Shown here piece after piece: positions 22,180-33,463 of a stretch of 64,000 bases of DNA; position 1 is the first letter of the stretch; each line of letters begins with the position of its first letter. The stretch covers positions 3,688 to 67,687 of the forward strand of contig NW_013657642.1 of NCBI RefSeq assembly GCF_000142905.1. Direction: 5' to 3'. A program made the translations under genes and the position numbers. Under the pieces are notes generated by a model. It saw nothing but the letters and a program-made list of their open reading frames with translations, had not been told where the DNA came from and ran no database searches. Source of the stretch: Thecamonas trahens ATCC 50062 (lineage: Eukaryota; Protista; Apusomonadida).

Positions 22180-23367
22180 TCAGCCCAACGTGCCCGGCTC
22201 GCCCTCACCCTCCTCGCCCTCGCCCTCGCCACCAGGCGCCGACGACGACGGCGGTGCCCGATTGCCACCGGCCCCGCGCTTGAACGGCGTGTTGAACACG
22301 TCGTACATCGTCGTCACCTTGCGTGCCCCGAGGCCCGGTACCACAGCCAGCTCCTCGAGCGACGCAGTGAGCATGTTGGCCACAGAGCCAAACGCAGTCG
22401 CCAGCGTCGCCGCATCCGTCTTGTTCACCCCGCGGACGGCCGTGAGCGTGTCTGTCAGTCGTGAAAAGTAGTCTTGCTCCGTCCGCGACTGGATGGCTTC
22501 GGGCCCTTTGTTCTCGTACGCTTTGAGTGTCTCCAGATACCGTGCCGCCTCGGTCATCGACCACGCGAGCACAAGCGTCAGCTCTGACGCCAGGCAGATC
22601 GACGCCAGCTGCGTCAGTGCCTCGGCATTGCCCTCAATGTCGACGAGGCAGAGCAGGACACGGACCCGGTACTCGCGCCCGAGCTCGATGATCCGCGTCC
22701 CGAGATACTCGGGGTGCAAGTTGTGGTACTTGAGCGAGAGAAAGAGAGCGCAGGTAAAGGCGCCTAGCCGAAAGTCGGGCACAATCGAGCCGTACTCCCA
22801 CGGCACACGCCGGATAAACTTGAGCAGCGGATTCCCGCGCTGTCGTCCAGACACCACAATGCACCGAGAACTCGACGCCGAGCTCACAATCGACTCGGGC
22901 CGCGCCATCGCTGCCTCAGCGGCAGCATCCGACCTTGGCCCAGGCACGTTCGTGCCCACGCTTGCGCTTGCAGACTGCGATCGCACAGGCAGTGGCGCAG
23001 GCGCCTGATAGTGCCGCGAGTTCTGGAACGAGCCAAACTTCTCCCCCAGCAGCGGCGCTGCCCGTATCATCGCTGCCGCGCTGCGGCTCGTCGACGCCGA
23101 TGACGCCGTCGATGCCGTCGATGCTGTTGATGTCGTCGATGCCGTCGATGTCGCTGATCTCGCTGACGCAATTGATGCCGTCTGCACCACATCCATATTG
23201 TTGCCCATCCCCGCCCCCGCCCCCGCCCTGCTGCTCTCCACTAGCACTGTCCCGCTCCGTGTCGTCAGCCTCGTTGCTGCCGCAGCCACCTGCGCACGAG
23301 CCACCGGATCGTCCTCAAACGCCGACGCTGGCAGGTCGAGGAACAATGGCGGGGGATCTCCCGACAT
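22180..23367 (-). CDS. ERCC1: DNA excision repair protein ERCC1/Rad10
   Basis: RQRGNPLLKFIRRVPWEY, ALFLSLKYHNLHPEY, LVLAWSMTEAARYLETLKAYE, HhH motifs VRGVNKTDA and VPGLGARK. Confidence 0.95.
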   Translation of the reverse strand: MSGDPPPLFLDLPASAFEDDPVARAQVAAAATRLTTRSGTVLVESSRAGAGAGMGNNMDVVQTASIASARSATSTASTTSTASTASTASSASTSRSAAAMIRAAPLLGEKFGSFQNSRHYQAPAPLPVRSQSASASVGTNVPGPRSDAAAEAAMARPESIVSSASSSRCIVVSGRQRGNPLLKFIRRVPWEYGSIVPDFRLGAFTCALFLSLKYHNLHPEYLGTRIIELGREYRVRVLLCLVDIEGNAEALTQLASICLASELTLVLAWSMTEAARYLETLKAYENKGPEAIQSRTEQDYFSRLTDTLTAVRGVNKTDAATLATAFGSVANMLTASLEELAVVPGLGARKVTTMYDVFNTPFKRGAGGNRAPPSSSAPGGEGEGEEGEGEPGTLG

Positions 23368-23700
23368 TTCGAGGACAAAGAAGATGGAGAGGAGTGTGGC
23401 GGTATACTGTCTGTCTGGAGGGGTAGGGGGGAGGAGGGGGGGGGGGGGGGGGAGCGGCGAGGGACGGATCAGATCCGAACTCATCTGTGTGGTGATCAAG
23501 GTGGCTGGAGGGATGGTGAAAGACGGATCTAGAAGGCCATGGACATGGGCGAGTGGTAGAATGCGTGGATCAGATAGAGGGGTTATGAGTGGTGCATCGC
23601 TTGTGTGGCAAAGTGGGACAAGCTGTCGCCCTCTTCTTCCTCTCGCCACAGCCGCAATCAGAGAGATCCATTGCCCCTCATCCTCATCGCCCCTTCTCCC

Positions 23701-23758
23701 CACACACACAGAGAGAGAGACACAGACACACACACACACACACACAGAGACACACACA
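23701..23758 (+). repeat. (CA)n/(GA)n compound microsatellite in the divergent ERCC1/SMP intergenic region
   Basis: cacacacacagagagagagacacagacacacacacacaca... Confidence 0.85.
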
Positions 23759-23934
23759 ATCCCCATTCCCCATCCTCTCCCTCTCCCTCTCTCCATCACA
23801 CCTCCCGATCTCCCGATCTCCCGATCTCCCAGCCCCCCTCCCCCTCCCACCGCCCTCGTCTCCTCTGCTACCACCACCACCACCTCACCACACACCACAC
23901 GCCGCACACCACACACACCGAATACACTACCCCA

Positions 23935-25875
23935 ATGCTCGTCCTTGCCATCCTCGGTACATCCATAGCTTACGTCGCTGGCTTGGTGGGCGTTCACTGG
24001 TCTGCTGCCATCCTCTGGGTGGTCCTTGTCGCTGTCTTTGTCGCCTACGCCCAAGCCGAGCGACGTGAGGCCGCCGCCACTGCCGCCGCAGCTGCATCCA
24101 CCGCATCTGCAAGAGCATCAGGCCCATCACCATCGGCACCATCATCATCATCATCGTCGTCGTCGTCGATATCGACACCAGCAGCAGATCTGGGCTTCCT
24201 CAACGCTACGCTGCAGCAGTGGTGGCGAGTATACATTGCGCAGAGGCATGTCGAGGCCTGGATACAAGAGACGGTCGAGGCCATGCTCAACCAAGCCAAG
24301 CCGGGCTACATCCGATCCTTCACTGTCACCAGTCTCACCTTTGGTGCGACAGCGCCTGTTCTCTCAAACGTGGTCTTTGTTGACGAGGCAAAGGACGGTG
24401 ACGATGGTGTCCGTCGTCTTGTCTACGATGCCGATGCCAAGTACTACGGCGGCGCAAAGCTCGCCATCCAGGCCATCATGGTCTCTGCAGGCAAGGTCTC
24501 CATCAAGCTGCCCATCGAGATCTCGCGGCTAGCCATGATGGGCCGGCTGCGCATCACGCTGACCCTCAATCCGGTCCCGCCGGGCACCATCCCGCTCGAC
24601 TACCCGGGCTACTCGGAGGCCACCGCCCCGCCGTACTGGTACTACGAGGGCTACTTTGTCTCGGCCTCGTTCGGCTTTCTAACGCCACCCTCGCTCTCCA
24701 TCTCCATCAAGTTTCTCAAGCTGGTCAACCTCGCAGAGGTTCCGGGCCTCTCCAAGTGGCTCAAGACCATCCTCACCGACGCCATCGTCTCGTCCTACGT
24801 TCTGCCCAACGAGTACTTTATGGACTTTGTCGAGTGGTACGGCATCCCCAAGCCGACTGACGGCTCTGCCGATGCTGATGCCGATGCTGATGCCGATGCC
24901 GATGCCGATGCTGACCTGCGCTCTCAGCCTGCGCCAATGGCGACTGACGTCAACGCCTCGGGTGGCGCAGCCTCGGAGCTTCCGGCCTCTGGAGCCCCGG
25001 TCGCGGTGGCGGCGGCAGCAGCCGCGGCAGCGGTTGCCGGCACAGCTGCTGCTGCCGCCGCTGCCTCGTCGGCGTCGGCGGCACCGGCTACCAAGCCCCT
25101 GCCGCGCTCGTCGCTCACTCAAGCGCTTGATCTCGACTTGCTTGTGGTGCCGCAAACAGAGAGCGGACACGCTGCGCCGGCGACGCCGCCCAGGACGGGC
25201 TCTGTCAGCAACGAGTCGGCGCCCGGCAGCGACAGCATGGCCACATCGCCGTGCGCCGATGCTCACGTCGGCATTCCGATTCCGGGCGCTGACGCCGAGT
25301 CAGACGACCTGAGCGCCGCCTCGTCGACCTCGCCGCATCGCCAGCGGCTCTCGACCAAGCTGCGGTCCAAGGCGCGGTCGACGGGCAAGTTTTTCAAGTC
25401 GATCATGACCCGCAAGCACGACGACGAGTCCGCTGATGCGTCGTCGTCCTACGCCGCCGACGAGCCGAGCGCCGAGTCGAGCCAGGTAGAGACCGACTTT
25501 GAGCGGCGCCTAGCCGCCATCCGTGCCGAGGTCGACGACGTCGACGCCACCGAGTTTGCCGCCCTCTCCCAGTGTTTCCGGCTCGCCGAGATGGCCTCGC
25601 CCAAGGCGACTAACTATGCGCAGACAAGAGCCGAGCTGCAGCAGACGATGGAAGACCACGCGTCTGCCCTCGAGCGCCGGCTCCGCGACGTTGATGCCGA
25701 GCTCGAGCAGCTCACCCGCGAGTTCAAGCGCCAGTCCACCTTTAAGCGCATGACCTCGCGCGATGAGGCCACCGAGCTCAAGCGGCTCCGCAACCGAGCT
25801 GCCCAGCTCCGCCGCTCCACCCGCGAGTTCTTCGAGTCCAAGTTTGCCACTTGGATCTCGTCGTCAAGCTCTTGA
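23935..25875 (+). CDS. SMP-domain (E-Syt/tricalbin-like) lipid-transfer protein with N-terminal membrane anchor and C-terminal coiled coil
   Basis: Hydrophobic N-terminus, DLGFLNATLQQWW, KPGYIRSFTVTSLTFGATAP, NLAEVPGLSKWL..IVSSYVLPN; no C2 domain seen. Confidence 0.75.
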   Translation: MLVLAILGTSIAYVAGLVGVHWSAAILWVVLVAVFVAYAQAERREAAATAAAAASTASARASGPSPSAPSSSSSSSSSISTPAADLGFLNATLQQWWRVYIAQRHVEAWIQETVEAMLNQAKPGYIRSFTVTSLTFGATAPVLSNVVFVDEAKDGDDGVRRLVYDADAKYYGGAKLAIQAIMVSAGKVSIKLPIEISRLAMMGRLRITLTLNPVPPGTIPLDYPGYSEATAPPYWYYEGYFVSASFGFLTPPSLSISIKFLKLVNLAEVPGLSKWLKTILTDAIVSSYVLPNEYFMDFVEWYGIPKPTDGSADADADADADADADADLRSQPAPMATDVNASGGAASELPASGAPVAVAAAAAAAAVAGTAAAAAAASSASAAPATKPLPRSSLTQALDLDLLVVPQTESGHAAPATPPRTGSVSNESAPGSDSMATSPCADAHVGIPIPGADAESDDLSAASSTSPHRQRLSTKLRSKARSTGKFFKSIMTRKHDDESADASSSYAADEPSAESSQVETDFERRLAAIRAEVDDVDATEFAALSQCFRLAEMASPKATNYAQTRAELQQTMEDHASALERRLRDVDAELEQLTREFKRQSTFKRMTSRDEATELKRLRNRAAQLRRSTREFFESKFATWISSSSS

Positions 25876-26114
25876 CCACCAACTCGCGACCAAAATAATA
25901 CACGCCCAACCGCCAACCATCATGCAATCCACGTGGCAACTCGCTGCCGGCGCCCACGCCACCGCCGGGACGGCACCACGGGCCATTGTTCGATGGCTGA
26001 CAATCATCGAACATTGAACATTGAACAACGAACGTAAGCGAGCGTCAGTGACGGCAGCCAAGGACGACCACCCGTCTGCTGCTGCGAGGAGGGCAGAGGA
26101 GGGCAGAGGAAGAG

Positions 26115-29100
26115 ATGCAGAACATAGGAAAGGGCTGGGCTGCAAGCGCCAAGGCTCAACTGACGTCACTTCCTTCGGCACACCCGCTGGTGGTCCTCTC
26201 GGCTTTGGCTCTCACCGTCGGCACTCTGGGGCGGACCCTCATCTACCGCCGCTACGTCCTGCCGTCGCTCAAGGATGCGACCCATGTCGGTCTCACTGTC
26301 GCCGTTCCGGGTGATGATCCGCCTGCGTCACCAGACGGTCGTGCTCGTCGCGCCCGTCGCCGGGCAGACTCGGGCACGTCGGCGTCGCCGCTGGCGAGTG
26401 CCGCCGCCATCAGACCCTCGATCTCCTTCTCGCTCGATGATCCTGAGGTCTCCGACGCAGAGGGTGTGGCCGATGAGGAGGCTGTGGCGCTGGTCCTCGA
26501 CGAGTTAGTGGCCCAGCGGCGGGAAATCGGGTTTGATGACGTCTCGCCCACGCCGGGGCCGTGGTACACGCCCGGCCCGGTCGGCGTCGGCGACGAGTGG
26601 ATCTTGCCCGAGGGCATGGACCGCGAGCAGGCCGCCGGCCTTGGCCTCTCCGCCATTCGCTCGCTCTCGTCGTCGGCAATTGCCCACGATGCGCTCGGGT
26701 GCACGGTTGCCGGCCGGCAAGACGCCCTGGCCGCCATCCGCGCCGAGAACATGGGCCCGCTCGCCGCACTGCTGGCGTCGGACCCACTCCTCGCCGCGCT
26801 TGCACCCGAAGAGCTGAGCGCCCTGGTCGCCGCCGGTACGTTTGAGACCTTTGAGCCTGGTGAGAGCGTGTGGTCTATCGGCGATCCCGACGAAGACCTC
26901 TGCCTCATGCTCTCGGGCTCGATCGTCATCAGCTCGGGCGGCGAGCTGCTCCGGACAGCATCGGCCGGGGAGATCATCACGTCGATCATGTCGGTGCTGG
27001 AGGCTCTTGCCGGCGTGCCCTCGGTCTTCAAGACCATCACCGCCCGTGCCGACGCCACCGACGGCGCGTCGCTCCTCCGCATTCCGGCAGCAGCCTTTCG
27101 CGCCGTCACCGAGTCGAACGCCTCGGTCCTCCCGCAGCTGCTCGAGGTCATCCTGCTCAAGCTCTCCAAGGTCACCTTCCTCACCATGTACGCCTACCTC
27201 GGGCTCACCACCGAGCTTGTCGCGCCGCAGCTGCCCGGCGAGTCGGGCCCGGAGACAAAGGCTGAGTTTGGCGACGAGTCGGTCGCTGATGCACCGGGCG
27301 ACAGCCGCGACGACAACGACGACGACCAGTCTGTGGCGTCGTCGGCGGCGTCGTCCGAGGCCGCGCTGATCTTTGACGACGTGGCTGTGCAGCTGGCCGA
27401 AGCCTTGGGCATCGCGCCAGACTCGGAGGCGGCTCGTGACCTCAAGCGAAACCTGGTGCTCAAGCAGGCAGGGCCGGGCAAGGTCGTCCTCAAGCGCGGT
27501 TCTAACGAGACCGAGCTCTGCCTCATTGTCTCCGGCTCGCTGACGGTGTGCATGGTCTCGCTCGAGGGCGCGCACGTCGAGCTGTACTCGGCCGAGCGCG
27601 GCGAGCTGTGCGGGCAGCTTGCGGTGCTGACACGCGAGCCGTCGCTTGTGCACGCGTACACCCGCGACGGGTGCGTTGTGGCCATGGTCTCGCGCTCGCT
27701 CTTCTGGTCGCTTGTCGATACTGCGCCGACGGTGCTGCAGCACCTGGCGGTCGACGTTCTCCGCCGGCTCTCGCCGCTAGTCCGCTGTCTCGACTTTGCG
27801 CTCGACTGGATTCACGTCCGGTCGGGGCAGTGGCTCTACACCCACGGCGAGCCTGCCGATGCCATTTACATTGTGCTCTCGGGCCGGATGCGATCGGTGC
27901 CTGCTGGCGAAGAGGCGACACGCGACGCGGTGGCCATGGAGCATGGCCGCGGTGAGTCACTCGGCGAGCTGGAGATGCTTGCCGGCGTGAAACGGACCAA
28001 GGCAGCAATGGCCATCCGTGACGCGCAGCTGGTCCGAATCCGCAAAGAGACCTTTGCCTTTATCTGTGCGCGGTTTCCGGTGCTAGCACTGCGGTTTGCG
28101 GGGCGGATGTCGCGGCTGGCGCTGGCGGCGGTTGACGACGACGCCGCGCCCGAGCCGCTGGCGGCAGCGCCGACGCCGGGCAAGCCACTGGGCGCCCATG
28201 CCCTGCCGCGCCCGGACCAGGCCAACGTGGTGGGGAGGACGAACTCGGTGAAGACCATCGCCGTTGTGCCGCTTGACCACGGTGTGGCCGGCCCCGAGTT
28301 TGTGGCCAACTTTGCGTCTGAGCTCGAGCGGGTTCTTGTCCGCTGCGGCCATGCACCGACCAACGGCAAGGGCGTGGCAGTCCTTGACGCCGCGAGCGTC
28401 TCGAGCCTGGGCACGGTGGCGCGGATGGCGTCGCCGCACGCGCGGGAGGTTGCACTGATGGACGCGCTCTCGCGGCTGGAGGACGCACATGAGTTTGTGC
28501 TCTACCGCACGTCGGTCGTCGGCTCGCGGACCGAGCCTTCTGAGCAGGAGTGGCTCCTCCGAGCCTTCCGGCAGGCCGACGTGGTGCTCTTTGTTGGCTC
28601 GACCGGCCCGACGCAGATCCGGTTTGCGGAGCGGATGTTTGAGGAGCTTGCGCTCTCGTCGCGGTCCGAGCTTGTGCTCATCCACCCGCCGGCGACGGTG
28701 CTGCCGCGCGGGACCCGCGAGTGGCTCGACGCCCGGCCGTGGATCGACGCCCATCACCACTGCCGCAAGGGCAACGGCGTGCACATGGGCCGGCTGGCAC
28801 GGCGGGTGACCGGCACCGCGCTCGGCCTTGTCCTCGGTGGCGGTGGCGCCAAGGGCCTCTCGCACCTCGGCATGCTCAAGGAGCTGGAGACACGCGGCTC
28901 GGTTGTGGATGTGCTCGGCGGGACATCCATCGGCGCATGCATCGGTGCGCTGTATGCTCAGGAGGAGTCGGCTGCGGCGGCGCTGCGGCGGCTGGAGCCG
29001 TTCAACGCGCACATGGCGTCCAAGTGGCGCAAGCTCTTTGACCTCACGTACCCCGCCACGGCCATCTTTACTGGGCGGGCCTTCAACCGCGGCCTCATTG

Positions 29101-29681
29101 CGCTGCTCGGCCCAGACGCCGACATCACCGACCTATGGATCCCGTTCTTCTGCGTCTCGACCGACCTCACCAAGGGCCGGGTCCGCATCCACACCGAGGG
29201 TGTGCAGTGGCGCTACGTGAGGGCGTCGATGACGCTCACCGGGTACCTGCCGCCGATGTGCGACCCGGTCGACGGGTGCACCCTCCTCTGCGACGGTGGC
29301 TATGTCAACAACTGCCCGGCCGACATCCTCATCAACCTCCACGCGCCCGGCCGAGTCATCGCCATCGACGTCGGCGCCAAGGACACCTCCGAGGTCACCT
29401 TTTACGGCGACGAGCTCTCCGGCTGGTGGGTTCTCTGGAAGCGGTGGTTCCCCTTTACCCAGCCGGCGGCCATCCCGTCCATGCAAGAGATCTCGTCCTC
29501 GCTCGCCTACGTCACCGGCCGAGTCCACCTCGAAGACCACGTCATCGGCGCCGCCCACGGCCGGCTCCAGTACTACGCCCCGCCCATCCAGGGCTTTGCC
29601 ACTCTCGACTTTGACCGCGCCGACGAGATCTACCAAGTTGGTCTCGAGTATGCCCAGCAGCAGGGCCCGGAGTTCTCTTGA
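26115..29681 (+). CDS. PNPLA6: neuropathy target esterase / lysophospholipase NTE1 (cNMP-binding domains plus patatin domain)
   Basis: Three cNMP-binding repeats, DFALDWIHV, LVLGGGGAKG, GTSIG nucleophile, DLWIPFFCVSTD, WRYVRASMTL, DGGYVNN. Confidence 0.93.
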   Translation: MQNIGKGWAASAKAQLTSLPSAHPLVVLSALALTVGTLGRTLIYRRYVLPSLKDATHVGLTVAVPGDDPPASPDGRARRARRRADSGTSASPLASAAAIRPSISFSLDDPEVSDAEGVADEEAVALVLDELVAQRREIGFDDVSPTPGPWYTPGPVGVGDEWILPEGMDREQAAGLGLSAIRSLSSSAIAHDALGCTVAGRQDALAAIRAENMGPLAALLASDPLLAALAPEELSALVAAGTFETFEPGESVWSIGDPDEDLCLMLSGSIVISSGGELLRTASAGEIITSIMSVLEALAGVPSVFKTITARADATDGASLLRIPAAAFRAVTESNASVLPQLLEVILLKLSKVTFLTMYAYLGLTTELVAPQLPGESGPETKAEFGDESVADAPGDSRDDNDDDQSVASSAASSEAALIFDDVAVQLAEALGIAPDSEAARDLKRNLVLKQAGPGKVVLKRGSNETELCLIVSGSLTVCMVSLEGAHVELYSAERGELCGQLAVLTREPSLVHAYTRDGCVVAMVSRSLFWSLVDTAPTVLQHLAVDVLRRLSPLVRCLDFALDWIHVRSGQWLYTHGEPADAIYIVLSGRMRSVPAGEEATRDAVAMEHGRGESLGELEMLAGVKRTKAAMAIRDAQLVRIRKETFAFICARFPVLALRFAGRMSRLALAAVDDDAAPEPLAAAPTPGKPLGAHALPRPDQANVVGRTNSVKTIAVVPLDHGVAGPEFVANFASELERVLVRCGHAPTNGKGVAVLDAASVSSLGTVARMASPHAREVALMDALSRLEDAHEFVLYRTSVVGSRTEPSEQEWLLRAFRQADVVLFVGSTGPTQIRFAERMFEELALSSRSELVLIHPPATVLPRGTREWLDARPWIDAHHHCRKGNGVHMGRLARRVTGTALGLVLGGGGAKGLSHLGMLKELETRGSVVDVLGGTSIGACIGALYAQEESAAAALRRLEPFNAHMASKWRKLFDLTYPATAIFTGRAFNRGLIALLGPDADITDLWIPFFCVSTDLTKGRVRIHTEGVQWRYVRASMTLTGYLPPMCDPVDGCTLLCDGGYVNNCPADILINLHAPGRVIAIDVGAKDTSEVTFYGDELSGWWVLWKRWFPFTQPAAIPSMQEISSSLAYVTGRVHLEDHVIGAAHGRLQYYAPPIQGFATLDFDRADEIYQVGLEYAQQQGPEFS

Positions 29682-29925
29682 ACCACCGTCTCTCCACCGC
29701 TATCACCCGCTTTGCCCATCATCAACCCATCGTCACCAACACCCCAGCCATCGCCATCACCCATCAGCATCCCCTGATTCGCCCATCCGTACCCCCGACC
29801 ACCCCCCCCCCCCCCCCTGTCCCGCACCATTCGTGAAGTCTACCAAATTACCACGCCACCCCCCACGCCACGCCACACCACCACACCCCACACACACCAC
29901 TCAACGCGACATCATCAACTTTATC

Positions 29926-30663
29926 ATGGACGAGACGACCAAGCAGGAGCTTGTGGCAGCATGCCGGGCGGGCGAGATGAAGACTGTGCAGGAGCTTGCG
30001 GGCGAGGGAGGCGTGGGCAACAACGAGGTGGAGGTGGATGGCGTGAGTGACACTCCGCTGACGGCGGCGGCTCGTGGCGGCCATGTCGAGCTGCTGCAGT
30101 GGCTGATGACTGATGGCGGATGCGATGTGAACAGCTCCATGGATGACGGTTCGACGCCGCTTCACATTGCTTGCTTCTTGGGAAAGATCGAGGCTGCGCA
30201 GTGTCTGGTCGAGGCTGGCGGCGCTGTGGTCGACCAGACCGAGCACAACGGTGCCACGCCGCTGTACTTTGCCGCTCAGGAGGGCCATCTGGACGTCATC
30301 CGCTGGCTCGTGGGTGACGCCGGTGCCGATGTCAACGTCGTTCGTGAAGGCGGCTGGACTCCGCTCGCTGCCGCCGCTCAGTTTGGCCATCGTGACATTG
30401 TCGCCTTTCTCGTGGCAGACGGCGGCGCCGAGGTCGACAAGCCGCTCGATGACGGCGCCACCCCGCTGTACCTTGCGGCCCAGGAGGGCCATCTGGAGCT
30501 CGTTCAGTGGCTTGTCACCGACGGCGGCGCAGCTGTCAACCACGCCACTAACGCCGGCGCCACGCCGCTCACCGTCGCCGCAAGCAACAAGCACCTCACC
30601 ATCGTCCAGTGGCTCGTCACCTCGGGCAGCGCCGACCTCTCCATGGCCGTCGCCGGACGGTAG
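29926..30663 (+). CDS. ankyrin-repeat protein (about 6-7 repeats)
   Basis: Repeated TPL..AA..GH...V.WLV..GGA.V motifs. Confidence 0.92.
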   Translation: MDETTKQELVAACRAGEMKTVQELAGEGGVGNNEVEVDGVSDTPLTAAARGGHVELLQWLMTDGGCDVNSSMDDGSTPLHIACFLGKIEAAQCLVEAGGAVVDQTEHNGATPLYFAAQEGHLDVIRWLVGDAGADVNVVREGGWTPLAAAAQFGHRDIVAFLVADGGAEVDKPLDDGATPLYLAAQEGHLELVQWLVTDGGAAVNHATNAGATPLTVAASNKHLTIVQWLVTSGSADLSMAVAGR

Positions 30664-30717
30664 CTCTCTTCTCACACGCGTTGCGCGAGTTGATAAAGTA
30701 CCACGCCACTCTGCTCT

Positions 30718-32466
30718 TTACTCGAGCTGCGCCACATACTGCTTGGCCATCGAGACCGCGGTCGCCGCGCCGGCCACGCCGACAACGTACGAGATCGAGA
30801 GCACTGCCGCCGACTGCGCCACCGAGAACACCGTCCGGAGCAGCCACCCGAGAGTGAGCTCCGGGCTCGCCGTCCTGCGCGCCCCGCTGCTGCTTCCAGC
30901 CGCGGCCACCGGGCTTCCACTGCTGTGGACGCATCCGTGGGCTTCAAACTCGTCGAGCGCGGCGACAACGGCCGTCGCATTGGTCGTGCACACCGTGATG
31001 ATGCTCGGGGTCAGCTCGATGTCCGCCACAGAGAGCTGTGCAGGCAGCGAGGACCGGGTGAGGAGCCGGTCGTTGGAGACGACCACAAAGTCGGCGAGGT
31101 TGCGGACAGCACCCGCGTCGAGCCCGAGCTCGGCGCCGTCGGCAAGGTCGAACAGCCGCTGGTGGACAGCAGTGAGGAGGTTGGCCATCGCCGCCACCTT
31201 TGCCCCGTAGTTGGTCTGGAAGTAAGCCATGAGTCCGTCCGGGTTGGCGGTGAGCACGCCCTGGGCCGCCGCCAGCGCGGCCACGCGAGCAGCCTCGGCC
31301 TGGTGGGTCGTGTACGGCACGACCTCGTCGAGCAGCGTCGCCGCAAACGCGTTGTCGCCAGCAGTGTGGCGCGCGAGACCAGCAAGGAGGCTGGCCGTGA
31401 CCTCGGGGGTCAGTCGCGGTGCTTGCGACGTCGCGCCCTTGAACAGTGCGCCGATGCCGGTCTGCAGCGTCGCGAGGTCGCTGCCAGCGAGGCTGGAGAC
31501 CCGCGCCGGGTCGTGGAGCGCCGCCGGCTTGCGCCGCGCCACCGCTGTCAGCACAAACGCGACCAGCCGCGGCCAGGCCAGACCCGAGGTCGCCGGCACC
31601 GCCGCCGGGAAGCCAATGAGGCCGAGTGCACCGAGCGCGTCAAACTGGCTCGCGATCCACAGAGCCTCGCCGAGCTCGGTCGAGAGGTTCTTCCGGTTCT
31701 TGCCCACTAGCATCTGCGAGAGATTGCCGGTCGTGAACGGGAGCACAATCGGGTAGTTCCGCGCCAGCAACTGGAGCAGCAGCCGGCTCCCGTTCCACGA
31801 CGACGCATGGCCGCGCATGGTCGGGTGGTCGATGACGTGCCGGGCGAGCTTGTCAAAGAGGTCGACCACGCTCGGGAGCTCGCTCACGCCCGACTGGGCC
31901 CATTTGTCGAGCACAGCCACAGCTTTGCGCGCCCGCGACGTGGTGCACTTGCCGAGCGGGCCGGCAATGGCATCCAGCATCTGCTCCTCGCTCAGCTTGG
32001 CGCTCAGCGCCAGGCGGGCCATGGGCCGCGAGCCGGCCAGCGCCGCCTCGAGCGCCTCGGTCAGCACCATGCCCTGAGCCAGAAAGTTGCCGGGATGCTC
32101 CGCCACGGCCGCCGTCACCATATCCCGGACATCGATCCTGGGAAGGACCACGGCGAGCTCCTCCAGCGCGGCCAGAGCCTTTGCCTTGGCTTTCTTCTTC
32201 CGCTCGCGCTCCTTGGCGGCGGCCTTCCGCTCTGCCGCCCGCAGCCGTTTCTTCTCCTCGGTAGACATCATGGCCAACCGCTCCGCTCTGCTCTTCTTGG
32301 CCTCCTCCGCCTTTTTCGCCTCCTCCAACGCAGCCATCTGTCCGTAAATCGTCGTCTTCCGCGCCGCCGCCGCAGCAGCAGCAGCATGCGCCTGGTCAGA
32401 CTCCTCCGTCGCCGCCTTGGCCGCCGCGTTGCGCTTCTTGCTCGTCACGTGTGTCCATCCAGACAT
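30718..32466 (-). CDS. TMEM214-like ER membrane protein
   Basis: N-terminal W..V..KKR, helical body with GSRLLLQLLARNYP and ALWIASQF (recalling TMEM214 motifs), C-terminal hydrophobic anchor. Confidence 0.5.
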   Translation of the reverse strand: MSGWTHVTSKKRNAAAKAATEESDQAHAAAAAAAARKTTIYGQMAALEEAKKAEEAKKSRAERLAMMSTEEKKRLRAAERKAAAKERERKKKAKAKALAALEELAVVLPRIDVRDMVTAAVAEHPGNFLAQGMVLTEALEAALAGSRPMARLALSAKLSEEQMLDAIAGPLGKCTTSRARKAVAVLDKWAQSGVSELPSVVDLFDKLARHVIDHPTMRGHASSWNGSRLLLQLLARNYPIVLPFTTGNLSQMLVGKNRKNLSTELGEALWIASQFDALGALGLIGFPAAVPATSGLAWPRLVAFVLTAVARRKPAALHDPARVSSLAGSDLATLQTGIGALFKGATSQAPRLTPEVTASLLAGLARHTAGDNAFAATLLDEVVPYTTHQAEAARVAALAAAQGVLTANPDGLMAYFQTNYGAKVAAMANLLTAVHQRLFDLADGAELGLDAGAVRNLADFVVVSNDRLLTRSSLPAQLSVADIELTPSIITVCTTNATAVVAALDEFEAHGCVHSSGSPVAAAGSSSGARRTASPELTLGWLLRTVFSVAQSAAVLSISYVVGVAGAATAVSMAKQYVAQLE

Positions 32467-33463
32467 GGTCGGTATGTTGGCCCTGGGGATGGGGTAAGGT
32501 GAGGTGTGTCGCTAGCTGTCGTGCTCCTGTGCGTCGTGTCGCCCTTCCCCTTCCTCCCCCCCCCCCCCCCTCCACCCTCGCGACTCGACCGACGCTGTCA
32601 CTGGTCGCCGGTCGCCGGTCGCCGGTCGTCGCCGGCCGGTCGCCGGTCGCTGGTCGCCGGATCCAAAGAGCCAATCGGGTCACAAGGTGACTGCAAGACG
32701 ACGATAGCGATGGCAAGCAACTATATACGTAGGATGGATGGGAGTGTTTTGGGACGGTGGGGGGACATGGGCTTGAGGGGTGGAATGGGCATCGCATCGA
32801 TTTTATAGTCCGTCGTCTGGTGGCAGTCGGGAGATCAGTGCGATCACGTCGCTGTGTTGTAGCTCACACGGGGCAGTTCTTCCGCTCCACGCCTCATCCA
32901 CCACACACACACACACACACACACATACATACACACACACGTTTACCCACACTCGCCACGCATGTCGTTTGGATTGCCGATCCGCAATGACCTCGATACA
33001 TGACCTTGATCAAGCAGATCAGGCCTTGCATGGCGGCGCATCTTTGCGCGCTGACGGCGCGTTATGTCGCGGTCACGAAGCTGATCTTCTCGGAGGGCTG
33101 GAACGCCAGGACAAAGGCTGTAATCAAGTTGCGCTTTTCATCCTCCCTCCTCCCTCCCCTCCCTAAAATGAGCATGACACATACGATCTGATCGACGTAG
33201 TCGCCAGCCATCGCCAACCAACCCCAACCCCAATCGGGCGCATCTACGTTTTTCGGAAGCCGGGCTCCATCCCCCTCATCTACCCTACCCTCACCCAACC
33301 CCTACCACAACCGAGTTCTTCTTCTTCTTCTTCTTCTCCTCCTCCTCCTTCCCCCGCCACCATCGCCCAGCCCCTACCACAGCCAAGATCCCCCCCCCCT
33401 CCAACGCCGATCACCTCCCAACCACGGGAAACCACACCGCTCTTGGTTTGGGCGGTACTCGAC

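Noticed and set aside
32987-33191. Short ORFs with coding-like codons in the TMEM214/synapsin spacer
   Set aside because: About 60 aa, no recognisable family, competing frames; could be a relic but cannot be supported.
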